NCBI GenBank assembly: GCA_965214055.1
Contig: OZ243931.1
Coordinates: 1,169,186-1,233,185, forward strand
Source: Candidatus Poriferihabitaceae bacterium
Lineage (GTDB): Bacteria > Pseudomonadota > Gammaproteobacteria > Arenicellales > Poriferihabitantaceae
Reading direction: 5' to 3'
DNA: 64,000 bases
Part shown: piece by piece, positions 19,477 to 28,365 of the stretch
Numbering within the stretch: the first letter of the stretch is position 1
How the letters are laid out: each line of letters starts with the position of its first letter
Position numbers and translations under genes: made by a program
The notes under the pieces: model-generated
Told to the model about the DNA's origin: nothing
What the model saw: the letters and a program-made list of their open reading frames with translations, nothing else
Databases searched by the model: none

Positions 19477-21099
19477 ATGAGCGATTTCATGTTAATGGAA
19501 CCCGCCAATCAAAGTCTGGCGGAACTGCTGGGTACCGGGGTCAAATATGTCGTGCCGCGTTTTCAGCGGGATTATTCCTGGGAGCAGGAACAATGGGAAG
19601 ACCTGTGGGCGGATATCCAGAATCTGGAGCGGGAAGGCTATCACTACATGGGGTATATCGTCCTGCAGAGAAAAAGCCAGCATGATTTTGAGGTGATTGA
19701 CGGACAGCAGCGTCTCGTTACCCTCTCTTTGCTGGTTCTGGCAGCAATGCGGCACATCGGGCAACTGGTTGATAAAGATGGAGAGGTAGAAAATAACCAG
19801 GAGCGTTTAAAAGAGATTGCCGGACGCTACATCGGCTCAAAAGATATTATTTCGCTGCGAGTCAGCAGCAGACTGACGCTGAACCGCAACAATGACCACC
19901 TCTACAAGGACATATGCTCCAATCTCCGTGTGCCCCAAAGCCGGGGGGGCATGGTAACCAACAGGCTCTTGGGCAGGGCATTCAGATTTTTTTGCAACAA
20001 GAAGACCGGGGCCTGCGGTGAGGACATTGCCGCGTTCATTACCCGGTTTTCATCCAGGCTGATTTTCACAAAAATCGTGGTGCAGGACAGTCTGAATGCC
20101 TACAAAGTATTCGAAACATTGAATGCCCGAGGGGTGCAGCTTTCCACCCCGGACCTGTTGAAAAACTACATTTTTTCAGTAGTCAGCCAGAATGACAATG
20201 TGCCCGATGAAACACTGGATGATCTTGATGAAACCTGGTCGATTATCCTGGGCCAATTGGGCGGAAACAACTTTACGGATTTTGTCCGCTATCACCATAA
20301 CTCCCACAGGGCGTTCTCAACCAAGAGAGAGCTGTTCAAATCGGTCAGGCAACTTTACACCCTGCCTGAACAGGCGCATGGCTATCTGCAGTCATTGCTG
20401 GATACTGCGCCTGTATACGCCTCCCTGTCTGAACCTTATGACGAATGGTGGCAACGGGATGACGGAAGGTGCCGGGATGCCGTACATTTTCTTGAAGGCC
20501 TGAAGCTGTTCAGGATACGCCAGCCTTATACCGTGCTGATGGCAGCATTCCAGCAGTTCCAGCCAGATGAGTTCATCAAGACTTTAAAATATATCTATAG
20601 CCTGTCTATCCGTTACAATGTGATTTGCGGCTATTCGGCAAATGAGCAGGAAAAGCGCTACAACAACATCGCCATGCGGATATCTTGTGGCAAATTCCAG
20701 CGTGCAAGTCATGTCAAGAATAGCCCTGACTATCAGGCTATCTATCCCGCAGATGAAACATTCAGAAATGCCTTTGAGTACTACAAAATGCCAAGTCGGC
20801 GCTCATCCAAAAAAATCCGGTTTTTACTGGCTGACATCGAAAGCCGTTCAGGCCAGCGTGTCAACTACCTGGACACGACACTTGAACATGTCTGCCCCTA
20901 CAATCCAGACCAGGACTGGCATCAGTATTTTGGGGAGGGAGCCAATGATATTGCAGACCGCCTGGGCAATATGGTGTTGCTGCAACAAGACGACCTTGGC
21001 CGCACAGATTTTGCTACAAAAAAGCCTGTTACCGTGACACTCCGTTCACTCTGGCTAAAAAGGTTGCCGGGTATGGAGACTGGGACTTGCCGACCCTGA
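19477..21099 (+). CDS. DUF262 (ParB-like NTPase) + DUF1524 (HNH-like) protein, GmrSD-type putative type IV restriction enzyme; the 3' end appears frameshifted
   Basis: The N-terminus has PRFQRDYSWEQEQWEDLW and IDGQQRLVTL (DGQQR motif). The C-terminus has LEHVCP...RLGNMVLL. After ~21030 the family-typical tail continues in another frame to a stop at 21155. Confidence 0.82.
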   Translation: MSDFMLMEPANQSLAELLGTGVKYVVPRFQRDYSWEQEQWEDLWADIQNLEREGYHYMGYIVLQRKSQHDFEVIDGQQRLVTLSLLVLAAMRHIGQLVDKDGEVENNQERLKEIAGRYIGSKDIISLRVSSRLTLNRNNDHLYKDICSNLRVPQSRGGMVTNRLLGRAFRFFCNKKTGACGEDIAAFITRFSSRLIFTKIVVQDSLNAYKVFETLNARGVQLSTPDLLKNYIFSVVSQNDNVPDETLDDLDETWSIILGQLGGNNFTDFVRYHHNSHRAFSTKRELFKSVRQLYTLPEQAHGYLQSLLDTAPVYASLSEPYDEWWQRDDGRCRDAVHFLEGLKLFRIRQPYTVLMAAFQQFQPDEFIKTLKYIYSLSIRYNVICGYSANEQEKRYNNIAMRISCGKFQRASHVKNSPDYQAIYPADETFRNAFEYYKMPSRRSSKKIRFLLADIESRSGQRVNYLDTTLEHVCPYNPDQDWHQYFGEGANDIADRLGNMVLLQQDDLGRTDFATKKPVTVTLRSLWLKRLPGMETGTCRP

Positions 21100-21278
21100 A
21101 CCGCCATCAATCCTGGCTTGCAGATCAGGCGGTGAGAGTCTGGCGTGTAGATTGACCCGCTTCGTTTAAATGATTTCCATGAATTTCACTCCTATGGAAC
21201 GAGAGACCACGGCGAATGGAACAGTGAAGACCCCGTGCTACGGCAGTGGCGGGTTGTGGAATTTTCCGAGACGAGCGA

Positions 21279-22334
21279 ATGAAGACTGACGTCGGAATCT
21301 GGAATATCGACCAGAAATGCCGGGCCGGACGCAAGCTTGATGTCGCCGACCGGCTTGAGACGGAAGAGATGCTGGAAGAGGTTCTGGTGAAGAATCCCGA
21401 CATGCTGATGCGCGGACTCACGCTGATTGGCAGACAGGTACCGATAGAGACCGGATACATCGACCTTCTTGGTATCGACGAGGACGGGCGACTGGTGGTC
21501 TTTGAACTAAAGCGCGAGAAGCTCAGGCGCGATGCCGTGGCACAGATACTGGATTACTGCACTTGGTTGGAGACCCTGGCGGATTCGCAAATCTCAGATC
21601 TTATCGCCGAGGAATCCGGCAAACATGGGACGACAAAGATTACAGACTTTGATGAATGGTATGCAAACCAGCCCGGAGACAGCATCAGGCCCATCAGGAT
21701 GGTGCTGGTCGGCTTGGGAATCGATGCCAGCGCCGACCGAATGGTTGAGTATCTGGCAGCACGGAACATCGACATCAGGCTCTTGACCTTCCACGGCTAT
21801 ACACTTGGCACTGGCTTGCTGTTGGCCAGGCAGGTACGGACCACAGCGGATGCCCGTCCGTCCACCGATGGTCGCCCAAGCGCCAGCACCTTGAATCGAA
21901 AAGCCACCGAGTTTGGCGTGGCCGATATCTGGCAGGACGCGCAAAAATCATTGGACTACGGAACCGGAAAGTACTATACACAGTCCGGCATTACCTTCCA
22001 GCAGCGAACGATCACACTCCCCGACAAGGTGCGTGCCCGCGGATCGCATTCCATATCAATCGACAGGCCGGAAATGGTTCGAATCACTTTCTATCCAGCG
22101 GCTGTAGACCTCGGTTGGAAACGCCTAAAAGAGTTGAAGAAGGTAATTCCGTTCAAAGAGGAGAAGCCGCCAAATGCACCCGCCACGCGTCGGGCCCCGA
22201 AGCAATGGTATTGCCACCTTGACGAGGATTCCTGGAACAGCGGAAAGGCCCATCTAGTCGAGTTCGTGGGGCACATAGACGACGCCTGGCGCGCCCGTGA
22301 ACACACTGTTTCCGAAGAAGCCGAGGAATCCTGA
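21279..22334 (+). CDS. NucS/DUF91-like PD-(D/E)xK nuclease-domain protein with unrecognised C-terminal half
   Basis: EEMLEEVLVKNPDMLMRGLTLIGRQVPIETGYIDLLGIDEDGRLVVFELKREK...AVAQILDY has the D...ExK core and surrounding pattern of NucS-type domains. Residues ~190-351 were not recognised. The start was trimmed to MKTDVGIW. Confidence 0.62.
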   Translation: MKTDVGIWNIDQKCRAGRKLDVADRLETEEMLEEVLVKNPDMLMRGLTLIGRQVPIETGYIDLLGIDEDGRLVVFELKREKLRRDAVAQILDYCTWLETLADSQISDLIAEESGKHGTTKITDFDEWYANQPGDSIRPIRMVLVGLGIDASADRMVEYLAARNIDIRLLTFHGYTLGTGLLLARQVRTTADARPSTDGRPSASTLNRKATEFGVADIWQDAQKSLDYGTGKYYTQSGITFQQRTITLPDKVRARGSHSISIDRPEMVRITFYPAAVDLGWKRLKELKKVIPFKEEKPPNAPATRRAPKQWYCHLDEDSWNSGKAHLVEFVGHIDDAWRAREHTVSEEAEES

Positions 22335-22563
22335 CGAAAGAAACACATACTCGGACCCATGGCAATACGAGACAGGTTCAGGGCCTGGTACGTGCTGTTC
22401 GGGAATGGCCCGGCTTCGCAGACAATCCTTGTTCGTGAATATTTCGAGCGGCACTGGGCGTGCTTCAAAGTGGAGGCGCAAAAAATAACCCCTTCACACA
22501 ACCATAACAACTATTCCGCCACGAGCTAATAATCTGTCTGGACCGGTTATTCCCCTTTGGTAT

Positions 22564-23538
22564 TCAGGGAATCAGAACCGTAGACCCCGTGGTCGCCCGT
22601 TCTTCCAGGTCGCGGTGAGCCTGCGCGGCTTCCGATAACGCGTACGTCTGGTTCACGGCCACCTTGACTGCCCCGCGGCCAACCGCCTCAAACAGGCGCC
22701 CGGCGCCCTCTTCCAGCAAATTGCGGGTGGCCGTGTGGCTTGCCAGCGTCGGCCGGGTGACATACAGCGACCCCTTGGGTGCCAGTATTGCCGGGCTGAA
22801 CGGCTCAACCGGTCCAGAAGCGTTACCGTACGTGGCCAGCACACCGAAGGGCCGAAGGGAATCCAGGGATGCCTCAAACGTGGCCTGGCCAACCGAGTCA
22901 TAGGAGACCGCCACTCCTTCTCCCCCGGTGAACTCCCGGACCCGTTCCGCGATGTTCTCTTCGCGGTAAAGGATAATATGTTCAGCCCCGTTGGCCTTGG
23001 CCAGTTCCGCCTTTTCCTGCGAACCCACACAACCAATGACCCGGGCGCCCAGATGCCGGGCCCACTGGCAAAGGATGAGCCCGACGCCTCCTGCCGCCGC
23101 CAGCACCAGAATCGTGTCGCCCGCTTTGACCGGGTACGTCCGAAACAGAAGATAATGCGCCGTCAGCCCCTTTAACATCATCCCGGCTGCCGTCCGGTCA
23201 TCAATGGCATCCGGCAGTTTCAGCAGTTTCTCCGCTGCGATTCGCCGCCTTTGCGCATAGGCGCCCGGCACCATGGCATACGCAACCCGATCGTTGACCT
23301 GCAGCCCTTCGACACCCTCACCAAGGGATTCAACAACGCCCACAGCTTCCATGCCCAGCACGGCGGGCAACCCGGCCACGGGATAAAGACCGGTACGCAT
23401 GTACACATCAATAAAATTCAGACCCACTGCAGACTGCCGGACCAATGCTTCTCCGGGTCCGGGGTCCCCCACCTCAATTTCATCCCAGCTCAATTGCTCT
23501 GGCTCCCCTGGTTGATGAATGCGTATGGCATGGGTCAT
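22564..23538 (-). CDS. qor: NADPH:quinone oxidoreductase (zeta-crystallin-type MDR)
   Basis: GLNFIDVYMRTGLYP and LAAAGGVGL (nucleotide-binding site) are present. It is 324 aa and lacks zinc-ligand Cys clusters. Confidence 0.87.
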   Translation of the reverse strand: MTHAIRIHQPGEPEQLSWDEIEVGDPGPGEALVRQSAVGLNFIDVYMRTGLYPVAGLPAVLGMEAVGVVESLGEGVEGLQVNDRVAYAMVPGAYAQRRRIAAEKLLKLPDAIDDRTAAGMMLKGLTAHYLLFRTYPVKAGDTILVLAAAGGVGLILCQWARHLGARVIGCVGSQEKAELAKANGAEHIILYREENIAERVREFTGGEGVAVSYDSVGQATFEASLDSLRPFGVLATYGNASGPVEPFSPAILAPKGSLYVTRPTLASHTATRNLLEEGAGRLFEAVGRGAVKVAVNQTYALSEAAQAHRDLEERATTGSTVLIP

Positions 23539-23845
23539 AAGTCAGCCCTCTGTATCAGGTTTGAATTTGAATTGAAATAACGGGAGCCCGCCTTGAATTG
23601 AAGCCCTTTTCCCTGGAGATCCACCCGGCTGGTTCCTGCCCGTCAAGTGTATGGCGTATCGGCCCGGTTGGCAACGCATCTCCCCCGGAAACCGGGGCCA
23701 CTTCCCAGCAGCTGGCTGCACCGGACCTCCACGGATTCCCGGCATACAGAATCGGATGTTGATCTGCTCAATAGTTCAAAGCATGGCTCCCTGCTCATGT
23801 AAAATCAGAAGATCACCCTGTTTATCGACAATCATTTTCCAGGCC

Positions 23846-24328
23846 ATGTCCAGTCGCATCATTTCCTTTGCCGGATTCATCACCTGCTTCGCGCTTATCG
23901 CCATTGCCCTGTACTTCCAGCATGTTGAAGGGCTCGACCCCTGCCCCCTGTGTATTTTCCAGCGAGTAGCTTTTATTGTCATGGGCCTTGTCTTTCTGGT
24001 TTGCTTTTTGCACAACCCCCGAAGGCTCGGACAACGCATCTATGGCCTGCTGGCAATCCTCAGCGGACTGTCTGGCGCCGCCATTGCGGGCCGGCATGTC
24101 TGGCTGCAAAACCTGCCCGAAGATCAGGTTCCGGAATGCGGACCCAGTCTCGAATTCATGCTGGATGTCTTTCCCCTGGTCCAGGTACTGGAAACCGTGC
24201 TGAAAGGTTCCGGAGAATGCGCTGAAATCTCCTGGACCCTATTGGCGATTTCCATGCCGGGATGGAGCCTGATCTGGCTGATCCTGCTCACATTGCTGTC
24301 CCTTCGACTGGTATTTCCCAGACCATAG
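23846..24328 (+). CDS. dsbB: disulfide bond formation protein B
   Basis: There are four TM segments. PCPLCIFQR (first Cys pair) and VPECG...GECAE (second periplasmic loop cysteines) are present. The start was trimmed to MSSRIISF. Confidence 0.85.
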   Translation: MSSRIISFAGFITCFALIAIALYFQHVEGLDPCPLCIFQRVAFIVMGLVFLVCFLHNPRRLGQRIYGLLAILSGLSGAAIAGRHVWLQNLPEDQVPECGPSLEFMLDVFPLVQVLETVLKGSGECAEISWTLLAISMPGWSLIWLILLTLLSLRLVFPRP

Positions 24329-24910
24329 ATGTCCCTTGCCACCCTGACCAGAGAGATCCGGCGGTGCCGGCTTTGTGAACCGGTGCTTCCAGAAGGCGCC
24401 AACCCGGTTTTTCGTGCCGCACCGGGTGCAAGAATCCTGGTGGCGGGCCAGGCTCCCGGGATTCGTGTCCACAACACCGGGATTCCGTTCAACGACCCCA
24501 GCGGTGACCGGTTGCGGCAGTGGATGAACGTCGACCGGGCCACCTTTTACGACCCCGGCAAAATCGCCATCATTCCCATGGGGTTCTGTTATCCGGGAAC
24601 GGGAAAGAGTGGCGACCTGCCCCCCCGACCGGAATGTGCCGACACCTGGCGGGCAAAACTGCTGGGCTTTCTTCCCGCAATCACGCTGACTCTTGCCATC
24701 GGCCAGTATGCCCATCGGTATCATCTTGGCCGCCAAAGAAAGAAAACCCTGACCGAAACCGTCAAATGCTGGCGAATCTATGGCAAAAACATGCTGCCGC
24801 TGCCTCATCCGAGCCCACGCAACAACATCTGGTTGAAAAAGAATCCGTGGTTCGAAGAAGAGGTCATCCCCGAGTTGCGGGACCGGGTGGCCGGGCTGCT
24901 GAACGACTAA
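24329..24910 (+). CDS. uracil-DNA glycosylase superfamily protein (family 4/5-like)
   Basis: CRLCE near the N-terminus, ILVAGQAPG, and a C-terminal LPHPSPRN motif fit the UDG superfamily architecture. The start codon directly follows the dsbB stop. Confidence 0.78.
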   Translation: MSLATLTREIRRCRLCEPVLPEGANPVFRAAPGARILVAGQAPGIRVHNTGIPFNDPSGDRLRQWMNVDRATFYDPGKIAIIPMGFCYPGTGKSGDLPPRPECADTWRAKLLGFLPAITLTLAIGQYAHRYHLGRQRKKTLTETVKCWRIYGKNMLPLPHPSPRNNIWLKKNPWFEEEVIPELRDRVAGLLND

Positions 24911-24948
24911 TCCGTCCCCCGCTTCTGCTATGAAACCATGCCGGTGCG

Positions 24949-26106
24949 TTACTGTGTCACGGCGGCATACCAGCAGGCAAAGTTGCCCACGCTGGGCTCC
25001 AAAGCCGAAAACCGTCCCTGGACAGCAAAGGGGGATTCCATACCCGCCTGCTGTTTTTCAAGCGCCGGAATGTCTTCATTGATGGCAATGTCAAATCGGG
25101 AGTAGTACGTCTCAGCCGTTGCCCGAAACGCTGGCAGCCGGGTCGTCTGTGATGGGAAACAGACCGTCTGGACCGCCCGGGTGCGGGTCGCTGTCAAGGG
25201 ATAGACATGATACATCCACAGGCAATCAGACCCGGCCGCGAACGTCATATTCGGGTAAACCCAGGTATAACGGGCTCCTCTTTTTTCCCGCTCCCCCAGG
25301 GACTTGATCCGGGGGAAGGAACAACCCTGGTTTTCTTCGAGGAGTGCGGGATTGGCGGTGGTTGGACCAAACTGGGTCGTGTATTCCCCCATCACGTCAT
25401 CCGCTGGGTCCGGTTCCGGGTAATAGTGGCTGATGGACTCCGGGTGAACGTAAGGGAGATGGTAGTACTCGTTGAATACCTCGAGAAACAGCTTCCAGTT
25501 ACAGTCCACATCCAGGACCCGCTGGCGTCCCGTGACCAGATCATCCGGCGACCAGGGCGCATGCATCTGCGGAAAATCCCCCAGCCACTCATCAAGGGGA
25601 CCCGGATTTTCCTCCAGGCTCAGGAATACGAAACCATCCTGTGTGACCACATGAAATTTTTTCAGCCCCATCCCCTTTTCAGAAAACCCCGGTGCATTCT
25701 CCATTCTGGACGCGGACACAAGTCGCCCTGAATAATCATAGCTCCAGCCATGAAATGGGCACACCATGGCCCGGCAGTTGCCTTTTCCGCTCATGATCTG
25801 ACTGGACCGGTGCAGGCAGGAATTCGACATGGCCTGCAATGCGCCGTGTTCGTCCATGATCACCACGATGGCGATGTTTCCGAGGTGGATCGTTTCGTAA
25901 TCCCCCGGCCTCTTCCACTGGTCGCGACGACCGATGCCCAGCCAGCCATGCCTGAACACACGCTCCATTTCATGCCTGAACCAGCCCTCCTCGTGATAGC
26001 AGGGCGGCGGCAGGCTGCTGGAGGAGGCAATGGGATGTTTCACCCTCTCCAATGCTTGTTTTATCCGATCTGCAGACATGGCCAATTCAGGATTATACGG
26101 TTTCAT
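24949..26106 (-). CDS. Rieske [2Fe-2S] aromatic-ring-hydroxylating-type oxygenase, alpha subunit
   Basis: The Rieske motif CLHRSS...x17...CPFHGWSY is present, together with the mononuclear-iron motif NEYYHLPYVH. Confidence 0.88.
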   Translation of the reverse strand: MKPYNPELAMSADRIKQALERVKHPIASSSSLPPPCYHEEGWFRHEMERVFRHGWLGIGRRDQWKRPGDYETIHLGNIAIVVIMDEHGALQAMSNSCLHRSSQIMSGKGNCRAMVCPFHGWSYDYSGRLVSASRMENAPGFSEKGMGLKKFHVVTQDGFVFLSLEENPGPLDEWLGDFPQMHAPWSPDDLVTGRQRVLDVDCNWKLFLEVFNEYYHLPYVHPESISHYYPEPDPADDVMGEYTTQFGPTTANPALLEENQGCSFPRIKSLGEREKRGARYTWVYPNMTFAAGSDCLWMYHVYPLTATRTRAVQTVCFPSQTTRLPAFRATAETYYSRFDIAINEDIPALEKQQAGMESPFAVQGRFSALEPSVGNFACWYAAVTQ

Positions 26107-26237
26107 TCACACCAATTGTTGCCGTCCCTATTGTAGGGGCATTGTTGTCTTGAGGTGAAGCCATTGAGGACAGGCCGCTGAATTCTGCCTCCCCGAACCC
26201 CGTGCCGGAAAAATCACGGGCATTCGGCCTGCACCCC

Positions 26238-27950
26238 TCAACCCCCGGGCAGCAGCGAATACAGATAGAACAACAACAGGGTGATGCCCAGAAAACCCAT
26301 GGCAATCATCACCGTCTCCCGTGCAGACCAGGGCATGAGCAAATGATAGGAATACCGTCGTGCCATGGGTGTGAACACATCGGCCAGCCCCGTCACGGCA
26401 TGATAAAACCTCTTTCTGACCCGCTGTGCGCTCCGATAACAGACCCCGTACACGGCGGGACACACTTTCCGATACAGCCACTCGCTGTCGAGGTTGGTGG
26501 ACCGGAGTTCCGGAGGATAGATCCCTGACAACTGCAGCCAGACAAATGCCAGTGCGGAAAAAAACAGGAGCTGGAGCTGCTCTGTCACATGGGGAAGGTC
26601 AAACGGCAGGTAATCCACGGCAAAGGGCAGGTGACTGTACAGGAGCCACGGATAGCAACCAATATAGATACACAGTGCAGCGGCCAGGAACATGGCCACC
26701 AGCATGTGGGTGGGTGCCTCGTCCGGTCGTTTCCCGGAATCGTGGGCAAAAAACGCAAAGTACGGTATTTTGATTCCTGCGTGATGGAACACCCCGGCCG
26801 AGGCAAACAGCATGGCAAACCATAGGATTTCATGGTGCTCGATCAGCAGGGCCGCCATGACCATGGACTTGCTCACGAAACCACTGAAAAGGGGGAATGC
26901 GGAGATCGATGCGGCGCCGACAATGCAAAGCCCCGTGGTTTTCGGCATTGTCCTGGCCAACCCCCCCAGTTCTGACCCCCGCATCTCGCCGGTACGAAAC
27001 AGTACCGCACCCATGCTCATCATCAACAGGCCCTTGAACAGGACATCATTGAAGGCATGGGCCACGGCACCGTTGATGGCCAGTTCCGTGCCAATGCCAA
27101 TGCCACACACCATGAAACCGATCTGGTTGATCATGCTGTACCCCAGCACCCTTCGCAGGTCGTTTTCGATCACCGCGTAAAAAATCGGGAAGCAGGCCAT
27201 GATGACCCCGATATAAATCAGCAGGTCCAGGCCGGGAAAGGTGCGGGCCAATACGTAGATGGCCACTTTGGTGGTGAATGCACTCAGAAAGACCGTGCCG
27301 CTGGGGGTTGCTTCGGGATAGGCATCGGTCAGCCAGTTGTGCAGCATCGGGAACGCCGCCTTGATTCCAACGGCCAGAAGCAACAGCTTGGCTCCCGGGT
27401 GAGAGATGTCCACGGGGCCCACCGCAATCTGGCCGGAATGATTCAGCATGATCAGTGCGCCACTCAACAACAGCACCCCTGAGAGGACCTGAATAACCAG
27501 ATACCGGATGGCCGCCTGGACCGCACGGGGGGTCCCCCGGGCGGTGATGAAAAAAACCGAGGACAGTGCCAGACATTCCCAGAACACGAACAGCGTGAGC
27601 AAATCCCCGGCGAAGACCACGCCCAGGGCGCTTCCGGGATACAGCAGGGCAGCGGCCTGCTGGGGCCGGTCCTGCACATGCCAGGCAAAAATCGTCGCCA
27701 GGATGGCCGCAAGGTGAAACAGCACACCAAAAATAAAACTCAGACGATCGCTGACAAATGGCACCAGCTGAAGCCCCACCCACTCAATGGTCCATTGCAG
27801 GGACGGGTCCATTGTCAACAGGTTCGCCAGCCCGATCACGGGGACGGCCAGCAACACCCCGTTTCGCCATCGCAGCGGCACGATCATTGCGATGACCGCC
27901 CCGACAAAGAAAATCAGAAACGGGGCATTAATCATAATAATCCTCATCAC
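26238..27950 (-). CDS. MrpD/NuoN-family proton-conducting antiporter-like subunit (third paralogue, 570 aa with C-terminal extension)
   Basis: The polytopic protein has FVFWECLALSS, YPEATPSGTVFLSA and AHAFNDVLFKGLLMM blocks typical of the PF00361 family. The start could be 27935 (MINAPF). Confidence 0.85.
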   Translation of the reverse strand: MMRIIMINAPFLIFFVGAVIAMIVPLRWRNGVLLAVPVIGLANLLTMDPSLQWTIEWVGLQLVPFVSDRLSFIFGVLFHLAAILATIFAWHVQDRPQQAAALLYPGSALGVVFAGDLLTLFVFWECLALSSVFFITARGTPRAVQAAIRYLVIQVLSGVLLLSGALIMLNHSGQIAVGPVDISHPGAKLLLLAVGIKAAFPMLHNWLTDAYPEATPSGTVFLSAFTTKVAIYVLARTFPGLDLLIYIGVIMACFPIFYAVIENDLRRVLGYSMINQIGFMVCGIGIGTELAINGAVAHAFNDVLFKGLLMMSMGAVLFRTGEMRGSELGGLARTMPKTTGLCIVGAASISAFPLFSGFVSKSMVMAALLIEHHEILWFAMLFASAGVFHHAGIKIPYFAFFAHDSGKRPDEAPTHMLVAMFLAAALCIYIGCYPWLLYSHLPFAVDYLPFDLPHVTEQLQLLFFSALAFVWLQLSGIYPPELRSTNLDSEWLYRKVCPAVYGVCYRSAQRVRKRFYHAVTGLADVFTPMARRYSYHLLMPWSARETVMIAMGFLGITLLLFYLYSLLPGG

Positions 27951-28188
27951 GCATCACGATGCGCCGCATCCAGGTTGCCACCACCACCAGCACGACACAG
28001 GCAATGAAACCATACCAGCTGAAGAAACCAAAAAATGCCCACCAGTGCTCGGCGTGCTCGGGGTGCTTTGGGACAAGAAGGTCGAGCAACGTCACCAGGG
28101 CACAGAGTGCAAAAAACACCTGGAGTCCACGGCGCAACCGGGGAGAAAGGGACCTGAATTTTTCAATGGGACTTGTATACATAATCAA
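27928..28188 (-). CDS. small 2-TM membrane protein of unknown function within the Mrp-like cluster
   Basis: The 86-aa ORF has two hydrophobic helices (VFFALCALVTLLDLLV and FFGFFSWYGFIACVVLVVVATW). Its stop overlaps the start of the downstream MrpD-like gene. Confidence 0.55.
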   Translation of the reverse strand: MIMYTSPIEKFRSLSPRLRRGLQVFFALCALVTLLDLLVPKHPEHAEHWWAFFGFFSWYGFIACVVLVVVATWMRRIVMRDEDYYD

Positions 28189-28365
28189 GCCGTATATTCT
28201 GTTGACGGATCATTGAGGTTGCCAACGCAATCGCCTCTGTCCCGCCCAACCGCCTGAGCCCCCAAGGCTGCCTCTCGGTTATAAGTGAGTGGAATTTGAA
28301 TAGAATTGCACATCAGATGACAAGAAAGTGAAATTGCCTGGTAAAGTATATAATTCCCTTTTCAG

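Noticed and set aside
19230-19508. A 92-aa minus-strand ORF lies at the left edge of the islet and overlaps the start of the DUF262 gene.
   Set aside because: I recognise no family in it. It overlaps the start of a well-supported gene. It was therefore treated as non-coding leader or promoter DNA.
22359-22529. A 56-aa ORF (MAIRDRFRAWYVLFGNGPASQTILVREYFERHW...) sits just downstream of the NucS-like gene, below the ORF-track cutoff.
   Set aside because: It has no recognisable motif and no clear ribosome-binding site. It could be a third islet gene or a gene fragment, but the evidence is insufficient to call it.
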